A program made the position numbers and the translations under genes. From positions 44,144,001 through 44,208,000 of the forward strand of contig NC_045711.1 of assembly GCF_009834535.1 (NCBI RefSeq): a DNA stretch of 64,000 nt, read 5' to 3'. Positions 22,851-35,640 of the stretch are shown piece after piece. The notes beneath the pieces were generated by a model. It ran no database searches. It saw only the letters and a program-made list of their open reading frames with translations, and was not told the origin of the DNA. Positions within the stretch are counted from its first letter, which is position 1. Each line of letters begins with the position of its first letter. The stretch comes from Camelus ferus. Lineage: Eukaryota.

Positions 22851-23704
22851 TGACATCACTGCCAACATCCTCGCACTCCCACCTTCATGAAACCGAAGAA
22901 CGCTCCCGCCCAGAGGAAACTCTCCCTGGGTAGGTGACAACACTGGGTGGAAGCTCTGAGTAAGAGGGTGGGGTGGGGTGCGGGGGGCAGTGGCGGGACA
23001 GGAGGATGAACACTCTGGAAGCAGGGTCTCTCAACAGGGACAAAACCCACCCAGAAGCAGGCTCCCGTGTACCCTGGGAAGTGCAAGCTGAGCTGGGGAG
23101 CAGGGGAGGGGTGGGGGGGGGCAATTCATGAGCCAAAGGATGAGCCAGGGGTTAGGACTTCAGAGTCAGCAAGTGGCTTAAGGAGCCCCACCTCAGGTGG
23201 CAGTGCCCCCTAAAAGTCTGGCCTCCTGGGCATCAGGCTCAAGAGAACAGATGGAAGGAGGCTGACCTCACCATCATCCTGGGCTGGGCTGTTCTCCCCT
23301 GGCCCTTTTTTTTTTTTTTTTTTTTTAAACTTTCTTCTAAGGCTGCCCATGATTTCGGGACAGTGCTGGCTGGAGTTTCATGGGAGTCGCTCCTGCGAGC
23401 AAGTGGTCACCAGGCAGGGCCCGAGCTCACCCACCTGAGGCAGTATTGAAAGGCAAGAGAGAAAACTTGCAGGGCATCCAGGAGAAAGCTAGGCTTCAGC
23501 TGGGTGGGCCCGAAGGGAAACTAACCAAGCACTAAGGCTGAGAGGACAAAGGAGGACCCCACGAGCCACGTGATGAGCTGAATTCCCACAGAACACCAGG
23601 CTCTCGCTGGGTGACTTTGAAAAATGTTCTCACCCTCTCTGGGCCTCATTGCCTCCATCCTAGGACGAGGGGGTGAACTCCAAGATCACTTCTCTATCAA
23701 TCAT

Positions 23705-23850
23705 TCTACAAAGGTACTAGGAGACAGGCATTACCACATCCTTCTGAGCCTTTGTTTCCTCATCTGTATGATGGGGCTAAACATAGCTGTCTATTACGGT
23801 GACTGTACGCAGGCGCAGGGCACCCAAAGTGCCTCGCCTAGGAGCCAGCA
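23705..23850 (+). mobile_element. MIR SINE
   Basis: 'cttctgagcctttgtttcctcatctgtatgatggggctaa'. Confidence 0.7.
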
Positions 23851-25059
23851 CACGTGGGTGCTCAATTACTTCTCACCACCCCCTTCCACCAAGGGAAGTG
23901 GACATTATAGGAGCCTCCTGTCTGGCCCTCTTCTTGCTTCAGTGACTCTGGGAGGCTGGGTCCTGGACCCTCATCAGCAGGTGGCGACCTGGCCATTGGA
24001 CCATCCTCGCTGCTGGCCAACCGCTCTTTTCAATCAAAGCTTGTGTTCTGTGTTTGTCTTTATCAGAATGCAACATAGACTTAGGACAGAGAATTTGGAG
24101 CAAATTGAAGAAAAAGAAGAAAAAGAAATCCCTTGTGATTTTCTAGTCCCTAAACTCTCAAGCACTCCCTTGCCTTTCTCTTTCCATGCAGAGGACCGTC
24201 CAGTTGGGGTCATCTTCTATACACAGTACTCTTTCCTGCTTTCTGCTACTTCTCGTTAGAACAAACCTTCCCATCTTGGTGTCAACGCTGTTTTACTGGT
24301 GACGCTGAGATCTACCTACCCACCCCAGCCCCCACTGTCAGGCATTCATGACAATTGCTTTCCAAACATCCACGCTTTTAAACGAAATGGCCAAGGATGT
24401 TTAATTCATAAAGGACTTTTTTCCAACTGCTTTCAGAATTTTGTTTGCAGAACCAGAGGGCTTCCTGGTGCAGCAGAGGTCCCTCACCTTCCTGGTGATT
24501 TGGGGTGTCTGAGAGTCAAGGATCAGAAAGAAAAGAGTTTCCTAGGGAACTGAGTCTCGGGCTTGGCCCAGATCTCTGGGGAAGCATCACGAGAGTCTTG
24601 ATGTTTACTTTTTCCTTTTCTGTCCTAGTTTGAATAGACCCCCAGGGCAGATGGGTTTCCAGAGCTACCTTAACTTTAAATATCTGCCTGGGGCTTCTCG
24701 TGCTCAATCCTATACCTTCCTTCCTTCCTCTACTACTGTGGGAGTTTGGAAGGCTGCCCCCCAAAAGAGGAGAAAATGGGCCTTCCTTGGTGCCGTAGGG
24801 GCTGGAGGCCAGGAAGGGGGAGCTGGGGTCCTGACACACGTGGGCCTGGATGGTCTGGGGACAGAGTCTTTGGCTGGGCTGCTCCCTTCTCGGCCTTCTG
24901 GCTCACTCCACCCTTCCTCGGTGCTCCTCATGGCTGTTGCCACCACTTGGGGTCCTGGAGATAGTCCATTTCTGCTGGTGGGGGCCCTGAACCTCGCCCA
25001 GTTCCTACTAGCTCTCCCCTCCCCCTTCTGAAAAGGGTGCCTTGCTCGCTACACTCTTA

Positions 25060-25290
25060 ATAATAACCACTGGGGTTTGTAAAGCACCCTCATGTCCTTC
25101 ATACGGTGATAAACCTGCCTTGCATCATTTCCAGTTATCCTCACAGCTTCCCCTATGATTAACCCCATTTTGCAGGTGGAGAAATGGAAGCCTTAGCGAT
25201 GTAGGGTCATCTGCGATGGCCACACAGTTAAAGAAGGGTGAAGGTGGGATGTGAACCCTGACTCCGGCCGGTCTCTACTTCCTCCCCACT
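25060..25290 (-). mobile_element. MIR SINE
   Basis: 'ttatcctcacagcttccctatg..taaccccattttgcaggtggagaaatggaag...gtgggatgtgaacc'. Confidence 0.75.
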
Positions 25291-27039
25291 GTCTGGGGTC
25301 CACCGCCACCCACAGCAGACCTGTACTTCTCATGACCTCTGTGGGCATCACCAGGGGGCCAGCCCCCGGCACAGGTCATCCCAGCTGCTCACTGGAGGCG
25401 CCCTCTCTGCCGTCCCTGCCAGCCCACTGTTGGGTCCTCAGCCCTCTTACTGTCTCAGTACAGCTTGGGACATAACTTTCGGCTGTCCTCTAGACCCACT
25501 GTCACAAGATGGAAGAATGAGCAGATTCCTTGATTACTGCAAGGACACCTTCTCTCCTGAGTGTCGAACGTCTCACAGGTAATACCCAGTCACACCATGA
25601 TGTCCTCATTCATCTTCCCAAGGGTTCTATGCAGTAAAAGAAGGAATCAGAGAAGTCAAGTCACCTTCTCAAGGCTACACAGCCCATCGGTAACTGAATC
25701 AGGACTAGAAGCAATGCCTGCTGGCTCTAGGCCCAGTGATTTCGCCTTTTTTCAATCTCTTGTTTTTTAAGTGACACAATGGAAGTCCAGAGAAGTGAAG
25801 AGGCTGTTTAAGGTCACATAGCATGTCAGCCGAGAAAGGCTGGGACAAGACTCCTCCAGTTTCCTGGCTCCTCTTCATAAAAAGCAAACAGAGCGTGAGT
25901 GAGTCAAGAGAATGCCCGTTCCAGTGTGCGGGTCCCTCTGGACCCTGGAGATGAAGTGGCTCTGATTGCTGGATTCTTACATAGTTGGGTAAATTCCATG
26001 GAGCCAGTGAGACCCACTGGGAACTTCAGGGCTGGAATGAAGGCCAAACGGATGGCGAGTGGGCACTAGGAGCCAGAGCACTGTGGTTTCAAGAAATGTC
26101 CACCCACCACTGCCCAGAGCAGGGGTGTGGTCAGCCATGCCCCCAACCCCAACTAACCTTGACTTCAAGAAACAGATGGGCCCAGTCATCTCCACAGTGG
26201 CGCCCTTCACAGATGGGCTGTAAATAGGGGTGGAGGAGCAGCTGGAAGAGCCAGTCACCACTGGGGAGACCAGGGGTCTCATCTGTCCCAAAGCAGGCCA
26301 AGGTATCAATCATTCAATCAAGGTGCTCTTTAGGGCTTGATATAAGTGATGAAAGGACTTAAGATGAAAGGATGTTAGGAATCGACGTAAGTGGCAAAAG
26401 GGCACGGGGAGGGACAGTGCCAACCCCTGCACTAATGCCTCCTCTCTTTGATTTCCTCGCCTCCACCTGCTGGGAGAGAGATGCTGTTCTTGGTAAGTGA
26501 CTGTCCAAGGTCACACGGGGCAATCAGCACAAGCTCCAGCAAGGACCATGAGGTTTCCACACAACTGCCCGCCCCCCTCCCAGTCAGCATGCCATCACTC
26601 AGGAGGGCCGGTCAAGTGAAGGTTTACTCCGTGATCTCCGTGGGCCCCTCTAACACATTCTGGCTTCCCCAGACCGGCTGGCCAGCCTGTGCCATCACGT
26701 GGCTGCAAAGGGGTCACCTGGAAGAATCTCTACCGTCTAGAGCCTCTTCTCATTGAACAAGGCTGTTTCAGGACTGGGGACTCCAAATTAAAGCCCAGAG
26801 GCAGAGCATGGATCAGTTGAGGCCAGGATCTGCAACAGTAGCCCCATAGAGATGAACGGTGTGTCCAGCATCTCCCTGAATCAGCACTCACCTTGGACCC
26901 AGCCAGCCCCTCCCTCCTTATATCACTTTTGCCAGCACAAAGCTGGGCATTTCGGCTACACAGATAAGCCATTCACAGTCCCCGCCCTCACCCTCCCTCC
27001 CTCTCCCTCCAAGCCCCCATCCTTCCTTCCAACAAACAT

Positions 27040-27640
27040 TAAACTGAACCCAGCAATGCGCTGTCCTAGGTGAAGTGCTGAGGGTGAAACAGTCAAGAAT
27101 CTAGTTCCCGCCTTCACAGAGCTTAGAGTCTAGTGGGAGATATATTTATTCCTCAAAGCATCAAGATACAAATCATTGCAAACAGACAGGACTGTGAAGG
27201 CAAAGTCCAGGGTATTGTAAAGAAACACACCAGGGGACCTAATGTAGGTGGGGGAGGGGAGTAAGGAAAGCTTGCCATCTGACCTGAGATCTAACGATGA
27301 CGGGGTCTGGAGGGCAGTGCACGGCAGGGCATGAAGGCCCAGAGGCCCTCGCCCCAGAACGTCAGAAAGTAAGCCATGGCAGTTAGAGTCCAGAGAAAAG
27401 TGGATGGTGCAGTGTGTGCAGTAAGGGAGAGAGAGGGGTGGGGAGGATCCTGCAGGGTCTGAGGGCCAGGTGGAGGTGTTTGCGATTCATTTTTGGTGCA
27501 GTGAGGAACCGTTGAAGTTCTCAGCTGAGGAAAGGTGGCATCAGCTGAGAACGCGGCACCCATCCACTCCGGATGGTGTGGAGAGCGGAGGGCACGGGGG
27601 GAGGAACTGATGCAGGAGGCTAACTGCCGTAATCCAGGTG
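27040..27640 (-). mobile_element. L2 LINE
   Basis: 'cctaggtgaagtgctgagggtg...ccttcacagagcttagagtctagtgggaga...gtgaggaaccgttgaag' is a long reverse L2 segment. Confidence 0.75.
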
Positions 27641-30600
27641 AACCCAAGTGGTGGGACCCCCCCGCCAAAAAATGGACCAGAAGAGCCTCGGCCCCTGCAG
27701 GCAGCCGCAGAGAGAGGCTTGGGGGATGAGCTGGAAGGACCTTTGCAGCCAATGCAGAGAGGAGGTTCTTGGGCTCATTCCCCTGCCAGACTCTCTTGGA
27801 GAGAAGCAATGAATCTGCTCTGTCCCAGATGGGAGCCCTGCAGGGTCTGCCCAGAGCAGCAGCACAGGGGGTACAGGCACCGAAGGGAGGCTGCCCTAGT
27901 ACACCACAGGGGCTGAAAGGGCATCCCAGCCTATCCACAGCAGCTCCCCGGAGCCAGGTATCTCATCCCAAATGCGACTGCCCCGCCAACCGAGGAAAGT
28001 CAGCAGAGACCCCCTGAGCTTTCAGCCCTGGACTTAGAAATGCAGCTACATCCAGGATAGTGGATTAGGGTGAAGTTGGGGGTCTCTGGCCCAGTGTCCC
28101 CTCCACTGTGGGCAAAGAAGCTGGGGTGGCAGCAGTGGCCCAAAGAGATGCCCACCCACAGGGTAGTGGTTGTTTCTATGTTGGCTCGGAGTGGAGAAGA
28201 GGAGGAGAAGAAATCCAAAGGAGGCGGGAGGGAGTCCTGGAGGGGAGCGGCCTCTGATCTGATGCGTGGGGCAGAAGAGAGGTTGCACAGTGGCTGCAGC
28301 CCAATCCGAGAGCTGCCCAGAGGTCAGAAAGCCCTGAGCCAGGACCTGCGGCTCTGATCCTGCAGGTTCTGCCCTGAACCCGAGAGAGGCCATGCTGTCG
28401 TCCCTGTGACCGCAGGGCACGCAGGTTGAGAATGGGGGTGTGGCTGGGGAAATATATGGACACAACGTTCCCATAGGGCCTTACCGAGGCTATCTGATAG
28501 GGGGGCCCAGGAACAAACAGAGGAGGCTTCCACAAGGCCGGAGTGGCAGGAGAGGGGTTGAAGAAGACTGCAAGCGGAGACAACAGCCGGACCAAGTGTT
28601 CAAAGTTGGATGGGCGGTCCCCTGTGGGGGATGGGGAGAGAGCAGGAAAGGTACCAGAGGTGGTAGCAGCAGCCTGAGCAAAGAAGGGAACTGCGCAGAC
28701 GATGGAGAGCAGCGTGGCTGTAAGGTTGTTGGACGCAGCTTGGCAGGCGTGGTCCTGAAACAGCATCTCTGACTGCTGCGTCTGTCCTGCTCCCTGTGAA
28801 GGAGGGACCCAGCTTCCCTCGGCCTGAGCAGCGACCTGCCTTCGATTCTGCAGTGTCTCAGAACCATTGGAAGTCACCTAAGGATGGAGAGCTCCTTTCA
28901 CAGAAGAGGAAACTGAGATCCAGGGAAGCACAGGGCCTCTCAAGGTCGCACAGCAGGCAGCGGAAGGGCCAGGGCAGGGGCCCAGGGCTTCTGCCGCCTA
29001 GTTCCTTTTCTGCTTTACAGAGTCTGTCCTTCCTCTGACTGGGTGATGAAAGTCTGTGCAGAAGGCAGGAGTTGGATGGGAGACACGAAGCCATGGATGA
29101 GTGAGTGGCTGGTCATCCCTCAGTGCTGATCACCATGGAAACAAGCGGCAGAGACAGATGGGGGCCCTGAAGTCAAGGGTCAAGCTTTTTTTATTCCCAA
29201 ACTCACATTTTCCCGGAGGAAGAGAGTGTGTGTTGCTAAGACGTAATTCCGGGCGGACAGCTCTGGAGGCAGGGACTGTTCTTTGCTTCATCAGCAGAGC
29301 GATGGAGGCCAGCTGCCTCTGCAGTTTTAGAAATTGTGCCTCATGTCGCAGGGCTGACCCCAAAGCACCACGGAGGCCCTCATGCTGGCTGTTTCCAGAC
29401 CCAGGCTCTCCCCAGTAATAACCGGACGTGGCTTTTCCGGAAGCATTTCTCTCTCCCAAAGCCACAGGGTGTTAACTTCAGCAGGAGATCTTCGAGGGTA
29501 TAAGTTCCAACCTTTTCCTCTTTCAAACAAAATCCCGTTTAATTCTCACAACCTCGTATTACACACGGGAAAACTAACGTTGAGAAAGAGGAATGACTTA
29601 AGTTCACACAATGAGGAAGTGACAGGTGGGAGTGTCAAAGCCAGAACGTCTGAACTCTGGACCCCTCTTCTGCCTTTATCAGCCAGAGGAGGGAGACTAT
29701 CCTTCGGCCCCCGCCAAAATCGCCACCTCCTCACGCACCTTCATCACCCCACCTCATCTTGGAACGTTCCACACCCCACCTGGCGGGATAGAACCGTCAT
29801 GGGAGGGAAGACGGAAGAAATGGGTGGAGTATCTTACCGTCTGCAAAACGCATTCACAGCCCTTAGGCCACCTCATTCTCAAACAACTTGGCACAGTAGG
29901 AGAATGTGAAAACACCAGCCCCCGATTGACAGGCAAGGTGACAGACCCTAGGGGTCCATGGACTTGGATTCAAATCTAAACCTCCTGATACCACATCCTG
30001 TGATTTTTTATTTACATCACTTTTTTTTTGTCTGTACGTGAATGAAAATTTAGATGGAGGGGGCAACAGTCGCTGAATGATAATATCAGACAAATAGAGA
30101 AAATAACCACAGCCACCCCCTCTCACTGGGCACCCGTCATGCACATCAGCCTAAAACACGTGGGTCACACTCACTTCCCCTGCCCACTGCCTGGGGAAGG
30201 TGGGAGTTATGATCCCATTTTACTGGTAGGGAAACTGAGGTTCAGGAAGTGAAGTCCTTGCAGTGGCTTCCTCTGATTTGCTCTCAGGGTGTCATGGTAC
30301 CTGGTAATGTAGTTATTTTTAATTGTAGGGTGTTTGTTTTCTTGGAATTTTATTTGTGGGGACCGTTTGCATCCCAGAACAAAGGCGGGTTCCAGATAGG
30401 ATTTGCGTTCACCTCTGACAATCCACATTTACTCAAAATGCAATTCTTGTCTTGAGGTTCTCAGATCACCCAGGCGGTCTAAATTCAATCTGAAAACCTA
30501 TATAAGAACTTGCTGATGGTTCTAAATTTTCAGCAGCAATTTATCGACCCCTTCCGCTCGGTGCCTACGTTTAAGATTGTTTACTTTCCTGGCACTTCTC

Positions 30601-31469
30601 ATAGGGGTATAGTACCTGATTCATCTTTGCCCGGCGGGTATGGCCCTTTAGGGTCTGAGCTTTATGGGGAGGTGAACACCGATTAGACCACCCAGCCCTG
30701 GGCTCAGCGTAAAGACTGGGACAGTGGTCGTCAAAGAAGGAAACAGCATCAGCTCAGCAAGAGCTTTCATATCCACATCCTATCAGACGCGAGAAGCCTG
30801 ATGATCAGGAACGCACTGAAACGTCCATTTTACTGAGAGGGCACTGATGCTCAGAGAGAGAGGCAGACAGATCAGAGCTGGAGGAGTGGCTAAGGAGGCG
30901 AAGCTGTGGCAGAGGGTAGGGCTGGATCGGAGAGGAGAACTTGCAGAGAAAGGAAGGAGCACCTAGAGAACTAGGTTCTAGCCGGTGTTGACCATGGGCA
31001 ACCCCCTCTCTCTGAGCCACACTTCCTTTACATGGGAATGTTTCTGCCCTGCCTGCGCCTCAAGGTTGCCTGCAGGAGACACTCCCTGAGAGTGAGATGA
31101 TCCACCAGTGGTGAAAGTCCTTTGCACACTAGAGAGTACTCTCCGGACTCGAGGCTAAGGTCACGGCTATCCCCATCCTTCTTGGCCGGCATCCATCCCT
31201 CCAGGACCTGCCCGGTGGCCAGCCTTCTGCCTCCCTAGCTCCTCCCTGCATCTCTCCTGAAGCTGACCGCTTGGGTTCCCAACAGAATGAGACCACTGCC
31301 CTGTCTAGGGAGGCTGAGGAGGATTCATCTGAACCTCTGTGCCAGCTCCCAAGGGATGGGCAGATTCCTAGTCTTTGACACATGATTGCGCGTGGCTGCC
31401 GCTGCCTGAGACAGGGCAACTCTGTAGATGGCAGGAGCCAGACTCCAGAGACGGGAGCTTGGCTTTGAA

Positions 31470-31620
31470 GCTGGCATGTGCCGCTTCCCCACGAGGGGTC
31501 TTGTTCTCAAGTCACTTAATCTCCTGGTGCCTAGTTTTCCCATCTTAGAAAGCATCACGATGTCTGTTTCACAGACTCGTTGGCTGTATGAAATGCGTAA
31601 CAGCTTTACAGCCTAGCCCG
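31470..31620 (+). mobile_element. MIR SINE
   Basis: 'caagtcacttaatctcctggtgcctagttttcccatctt...gaaatgcgtaacagcttt'. Confidence 0.7.
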
Positions 31621-32809
31621 GCCCAGGTGAGAAGGTTTACTATCATTCTTGGTGGTCTCAGGACAGATGGGCTCCCTGGCATGAGGCAGCACTGGGGGAG
31701 TGAACCTGGAGGGTTGTGGACAGGGGCATAGCCAGAGGCTCCATGGAGGCATCACTACTTTGGCAGAAGACAAGATCAGGGCCAGGAAAATGGTCTTAGA
31801 GCAAGGATGCACAGAGCAAGAGCAAACAAAAATGGGAGACTGGGCAGCGAAGCTGTCCACCAGGAAGACCCAAACCAGCAGGATCAGATGCTAAGAGAGC
31901 AATGTGGCAGGAAGACGGAGGTGGCCGCCCCAGCCTGGTGGCTCCACAGTAGACTGCACGTGGCCAGGGTGGCCAGGAAGCCACGGTGACCTCGGTGAGT
32001 CCCATGAAGGTTCTCCAGGTCTGTTTAGGTCTCCCAGAAAGTTTAGCAATAAGAAGCTCCCTGAGAAAAACTAACTGATCTATCTTCCAGCGATCTGTGT
32101 GCTTTCAGAGTCAGCCTCAGGCCTAAGCAGCCAGCAGTGCAGGGGAACCTGACAGCGGGCCCTGACGCATGGAATTCATGCCCCACTGGCTGCCAGTCTC
32201 AAAGAGAACCAGACAACGAGATTAGAGCATAAAGATACATAATTGGACTCTGACAGGGAAACCCCACTCGTGGCCCTGGGGAGGCCTCCCCCAGCAATGA
32301 AGGTGAAAGTCAGAGAGCGTCAGACCTTAGCCTACGACGTGCCACTGGGCATACGAATCATTAATTCTGATGATGGTGCTACACACCTTCTAAGTGGTGA
32401 GTGGGAGGGAGGAAGGGATCAGATCTTAATACCGGTCCCTTGGTCTCTGCGTGTCACAGCCAGGTGATTCCTTGAGCCCAAGCTTGTGCACACAGACCGG
32501 CACGATTGCAGGGACTCTCTTATTTAGAGCTGGGCAGAGGGCGGGTGATGTGGCCATCTGTCTTGTCTTTCAAGAGAATCCTCCCTTGCTGCCTCACCAT
32601 GGGTTGCGAGAGGATGGAACGGGGGAGCCCAAGGCTGGAGAGAAGCCATGGGTTGCCAGAGGTTCAAGAGGCTCCCGGCCATAGCAGAGACGCCAGCGTG
32701 TCTTTGAATTCTAACAGGAGGTGGAAACTGATCAGCCTGGTCTGGCATCAGACCTCGCTCGTCTCAACAGATAGAGACCTATTAGAAGTATGGTCATAAA
32801 GACAGACTC

Positions 32810-33050
32810 ATTTATTCATTTAACCATCAGTTCATCTGCCTTGTGCCGGGCACAGTGCTTGAGACCATGAGATCATACAGAAATGAACAAGACACACGCT
32901 TTACCCTCTAGGAACCCACAGTCTAGGTGGGGTCACCCCGTCTCTGGTAGGGGAGTGGGTGAGGAGAGATGGAGAAGGCCCTTCCATCCAGGGAATCCAA
33001 ATGAAGAACAAACATGAAGGCAAAGCTCACTAGAAACAGGCAGTTCCAGG
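32810..33050 (-). mobile_element. L2 3' end
   Basis: 'tcatttattcatttaacc...gtgccgggcacagtgctt...ccctctaggaacccacagtctagg'. Confidence 0.75.
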
Positions 33051-33689
33051 CAGGGCCATTGGGAAGGCTGACCAGGTAGCAGTTACATGGATGTTACTGG
33101 CAGAGATGGGCCGACACACAGGAGAGGGTGGCCGAGAGAGAGCCGAATAACCAGACGTGAACTAAGACTGGAGAGAGCACAGAAGGACAGAGGTCGTAAG
33201 TGTAGCAGTTTGGGGAAAAGGAGGATATGGGGCTTTATGTCCTCTCCACCCCCAACCCTATGCCCAGAGACCGGCCTTCCCCTGCACCTGCACCCTGGTG
33301 ATTATGGTGCCAAGTTCTGACATCCACTGAGCAGAGGAAAAGATCCGGAAGTTTCAGATATCCAATGAGATGTGAAACATGAGAGGATGTAAAATCTGAT
33401 GTGTAGGTTGGAAAGCAATTCACAGTTCTATCTGCCCTACAGCAGTGTAAACATCACGTATTTTTAATCAAGATGGAAAGTAAAATCAAAAGAAAACTAT
33501 GCAAACCATCTCATGGGAGACCTATCATGGCCACTTCCCCTCCTTGCCTCCCTCCCCTCTGGCAAGAGTCCTGAGAGCACTGCCTGCCTGTGGAGGCACA
33601 GGCAGACTCTCCGGGAACATGGCACAGCCCCACTGGTCTTTTATCATGATTACTGCTCTGAGTCAGCCTCCACTTAGGCCTTAAAAGTT

Positions 33690-33960
33690 CCAACATCAAC
33701 AGTGAACCAAATTACAGGGGACTAATGCTCTAATAAGGCATCTAATAAGATACAAGCTGTTGTAGGACACGGAAGAGGAATTGATGAGGGTATAGGGGAA
33801 ACTTTCATAGAAGTGGTTATAGTTGAGCTGGGTTTTGAAGGATGAATAGGAGTTCATGAAACAGAGAACTAGAGAAGGGTCCCTCAGACATGGGGACATT
33901 CATAGGCCAAAGTCGCACAGAATGAAGGTGCGTAGCAGATCCGGGGGTAGTTAGTAGTTT
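33690..33960 (-). mobile_element. L2 fragment
   Basis: 'ggaaactttcatagaagtgg...ttgagctgggttttgaaggatgaataggagttc'. Confidence 0.75.
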
Positions 33961-34229
33961 AGTTGCTCAGGATCCATTGAAACTGGAAATGCATGAATTT
34001 TCCATCCACCCTTCAAAGAAATGAAGTTTCAAAATATTTAGAGGGCCTTAAACACAAAGATAAGCTGCTGTGTATATTTTTACTTTCTTGTCACAGGGGA
34101 CCATCAAGGGCTGACATAGATATAAAATTTGTTTGGATGGGTTGGTTTTAAGTTACATGCTATGTGTCTTTACCGCTCAAGTATTTTTGGTTTCCCATCA
34201 CTTTAAATGTGAATTAAGGTTATACTTCA

Positions 34230-34450
34230 TATTTATAGGATGCTGCCATGTGCTAAGTGATGATTTACCCCATGTCACCTTTTTGACCCCTAAGTGGCAA
34301 GTACTATTATTATTTCCATTTTGCAGAACAGGACATGGAGGTTGAAAGAACTGAGATCCCTTGCCCCTCAATCTTGTAGACTCTAAATGGCAGATTCAGG
34401 ACTCAAATCTGGGTCTGTCTGACTCCAAAATCCATGTCCTTTCCACCGCC
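34230..34450 (-). mobile_element. MIR SINE
   Basis: 'ctgccatgtgctaagtg...tattattatttccattttgcagaac...ggcagattcaggactcaaatctgggtctgtctgactccaaa'. Confidence 0.8.
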
Positions 34451-35149
34451 CGTGTTGGGTGGGCACTGAGGCTGGACTGTAATGGGACCACAGGGTAAAT
34501 TCTGCATGGGGGGAAGAACAGAGGTGGTGGGTAACCTTTAAGCTGATCTCAACCTCTGCTCTCTCCAGGTGGCTTTACTTCAGTCTGGAGAAACAGCTTC
34601 AACACTCTACGAGTCCCCACTCAGAACCACAGAGCTACAGAGAGTCAGGCTGGGGCATGGAGAGCAGGGCCCCATCCAGAGCCTCGTCTCATTGCTGGAG
34701 GCTTTGGAGACGGCATGTGGCCCAGGCCTCTGCAGCACTGGCCAGAAACCACTCAGCTGTGGCTCAGGGAGTTGAAAGGGACCTTAAAGGTCGCCTCATC
34801 CTCCAGATGGAAGTCTCCTGCCCTGTGCTGCCCGCCCCTGCCAGGATCACAGGCTCACACCTCAAACACCAGCTGGCCTCTGATCACATGGTGCCGTGGC
34901 CTCAAGCACACTGTGTGTGCCGCACAGGCAAGGTGAGGGGGGAGGCGCAGCCCTGGCTTTAAGAAAACCTGCAGTCCAGGGCCTGGTGGCTCCCTTGTCT
35001 ACTAACTGTGCACTTGGGCAAGTGACTTACATTCTTGGATTCTCGGTTTGGTATTTGAAAAGAGGGATGGTTAGTGCCTAACTCACACGGAGATGGGGAG
35101 GAATAGAAATAAAGGGGAAATAGTACCAATTGTGTATTTAAAAAAATAT

Positions 35150-35308
35150 NNNNNNNNNNNNNNNNNNNNNNNNNNNNNNNNNNNNNNNNNNNNNNNNNNN
35201 NNNNNNNNNNNNNNNNNNNNNNNNNNNNNNNNNNNNNNNNNNNNNNNNNNNNNNNNNNNNNNNNNNNNNNNNNNNNNNNNNNNNNNNNNNNNNNNNNNNN
35301 NNNNNNNN
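35150..35308. other. Assembly gap (159 N)
   Basis: N run, with an AT-rich left flank at the tail of a MIR. Confidence 1.
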
Positions 35309-35324
35309 AGATGATGACTTACAG

Positions 35325-35640
35325 CAGAGGTTGGCAAGCTTCTTCTATATAGAACTCAAGAGCACATATTTCAGGGTTGGGGACCAGAGGGCCTCTGTCA
35401 CGACCACGCACTCTGTCACTGGATTATAAAAGCAGCCACTGACAATATGTGAGTAACTCAGTGTGACTGTGTGCCAATACGTCTTTACTAAAGGGCACTT
35501 GAATGTGAATTTCACATAAATTTCAGGTGTCACAAAATATTATTTTCCTTCTGATTTTTTTCAATTATTTGAAACTGTAAAAACCATTCTTAGCTAGCGG
35601 GCTGTACAAAGCCAGGTAGCGGGCCAAACTGAGCTCTCCT
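35325..35640 (+). mobile_element. MER58B (hAT-Charlie)
   Basis: 'cagaggttggcaagcttctt...aaagcagccactgacaata...gaatttcacataaatttcaggtgtcacaaaatattatt...aaaaccattcttagctagcgggctgtacaaa'. Confidence 0.85.

Noticed and set aside
23624-24259. 211-aa ORF with a hydrophobic stretch
   Set aside because: The hydrophobic part is translated MIR core (LSLCFLICMMG); no homology recognised
24640-24693. Imperfect inverted repeat ccccagggcagat / atctgcctgggg
   Set aside because: A 12-bp bulged stem with a 29-nt loop is too short for a pre-miRNA and common in GC-rich DNA
26334-26386. Splice-bounded 53-nt segment with a GTAAGT donor
   Set aside because: Stops in all three frames and a short pyrimidine tract; at best a non-coding exon with no further support
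27291-27938. 215-aa minus-strand ORF
   Set aside because: About half overlaps an L2 remnant; low-complexity composition
29170-29380. DR1 nuclear-receptor motif (aagtca-a-gggtca) and a REST-like core (agcaccacgga)
   Set aside because: The REST match lacks both the TTC flank and the GGACAG half; a single DR1 is expected by chance
30799-30847. Box C (TGATGA) with several CTGA boxes, snoRNA-like
   Set aside because: Only about 49 nt, no terminal stem and no evident guide; too short for a C/D snoRNA
35083-35337. ORFs spanning N runs (also 63084-63386)
   Set aside because: Artefacts of assembly gaps
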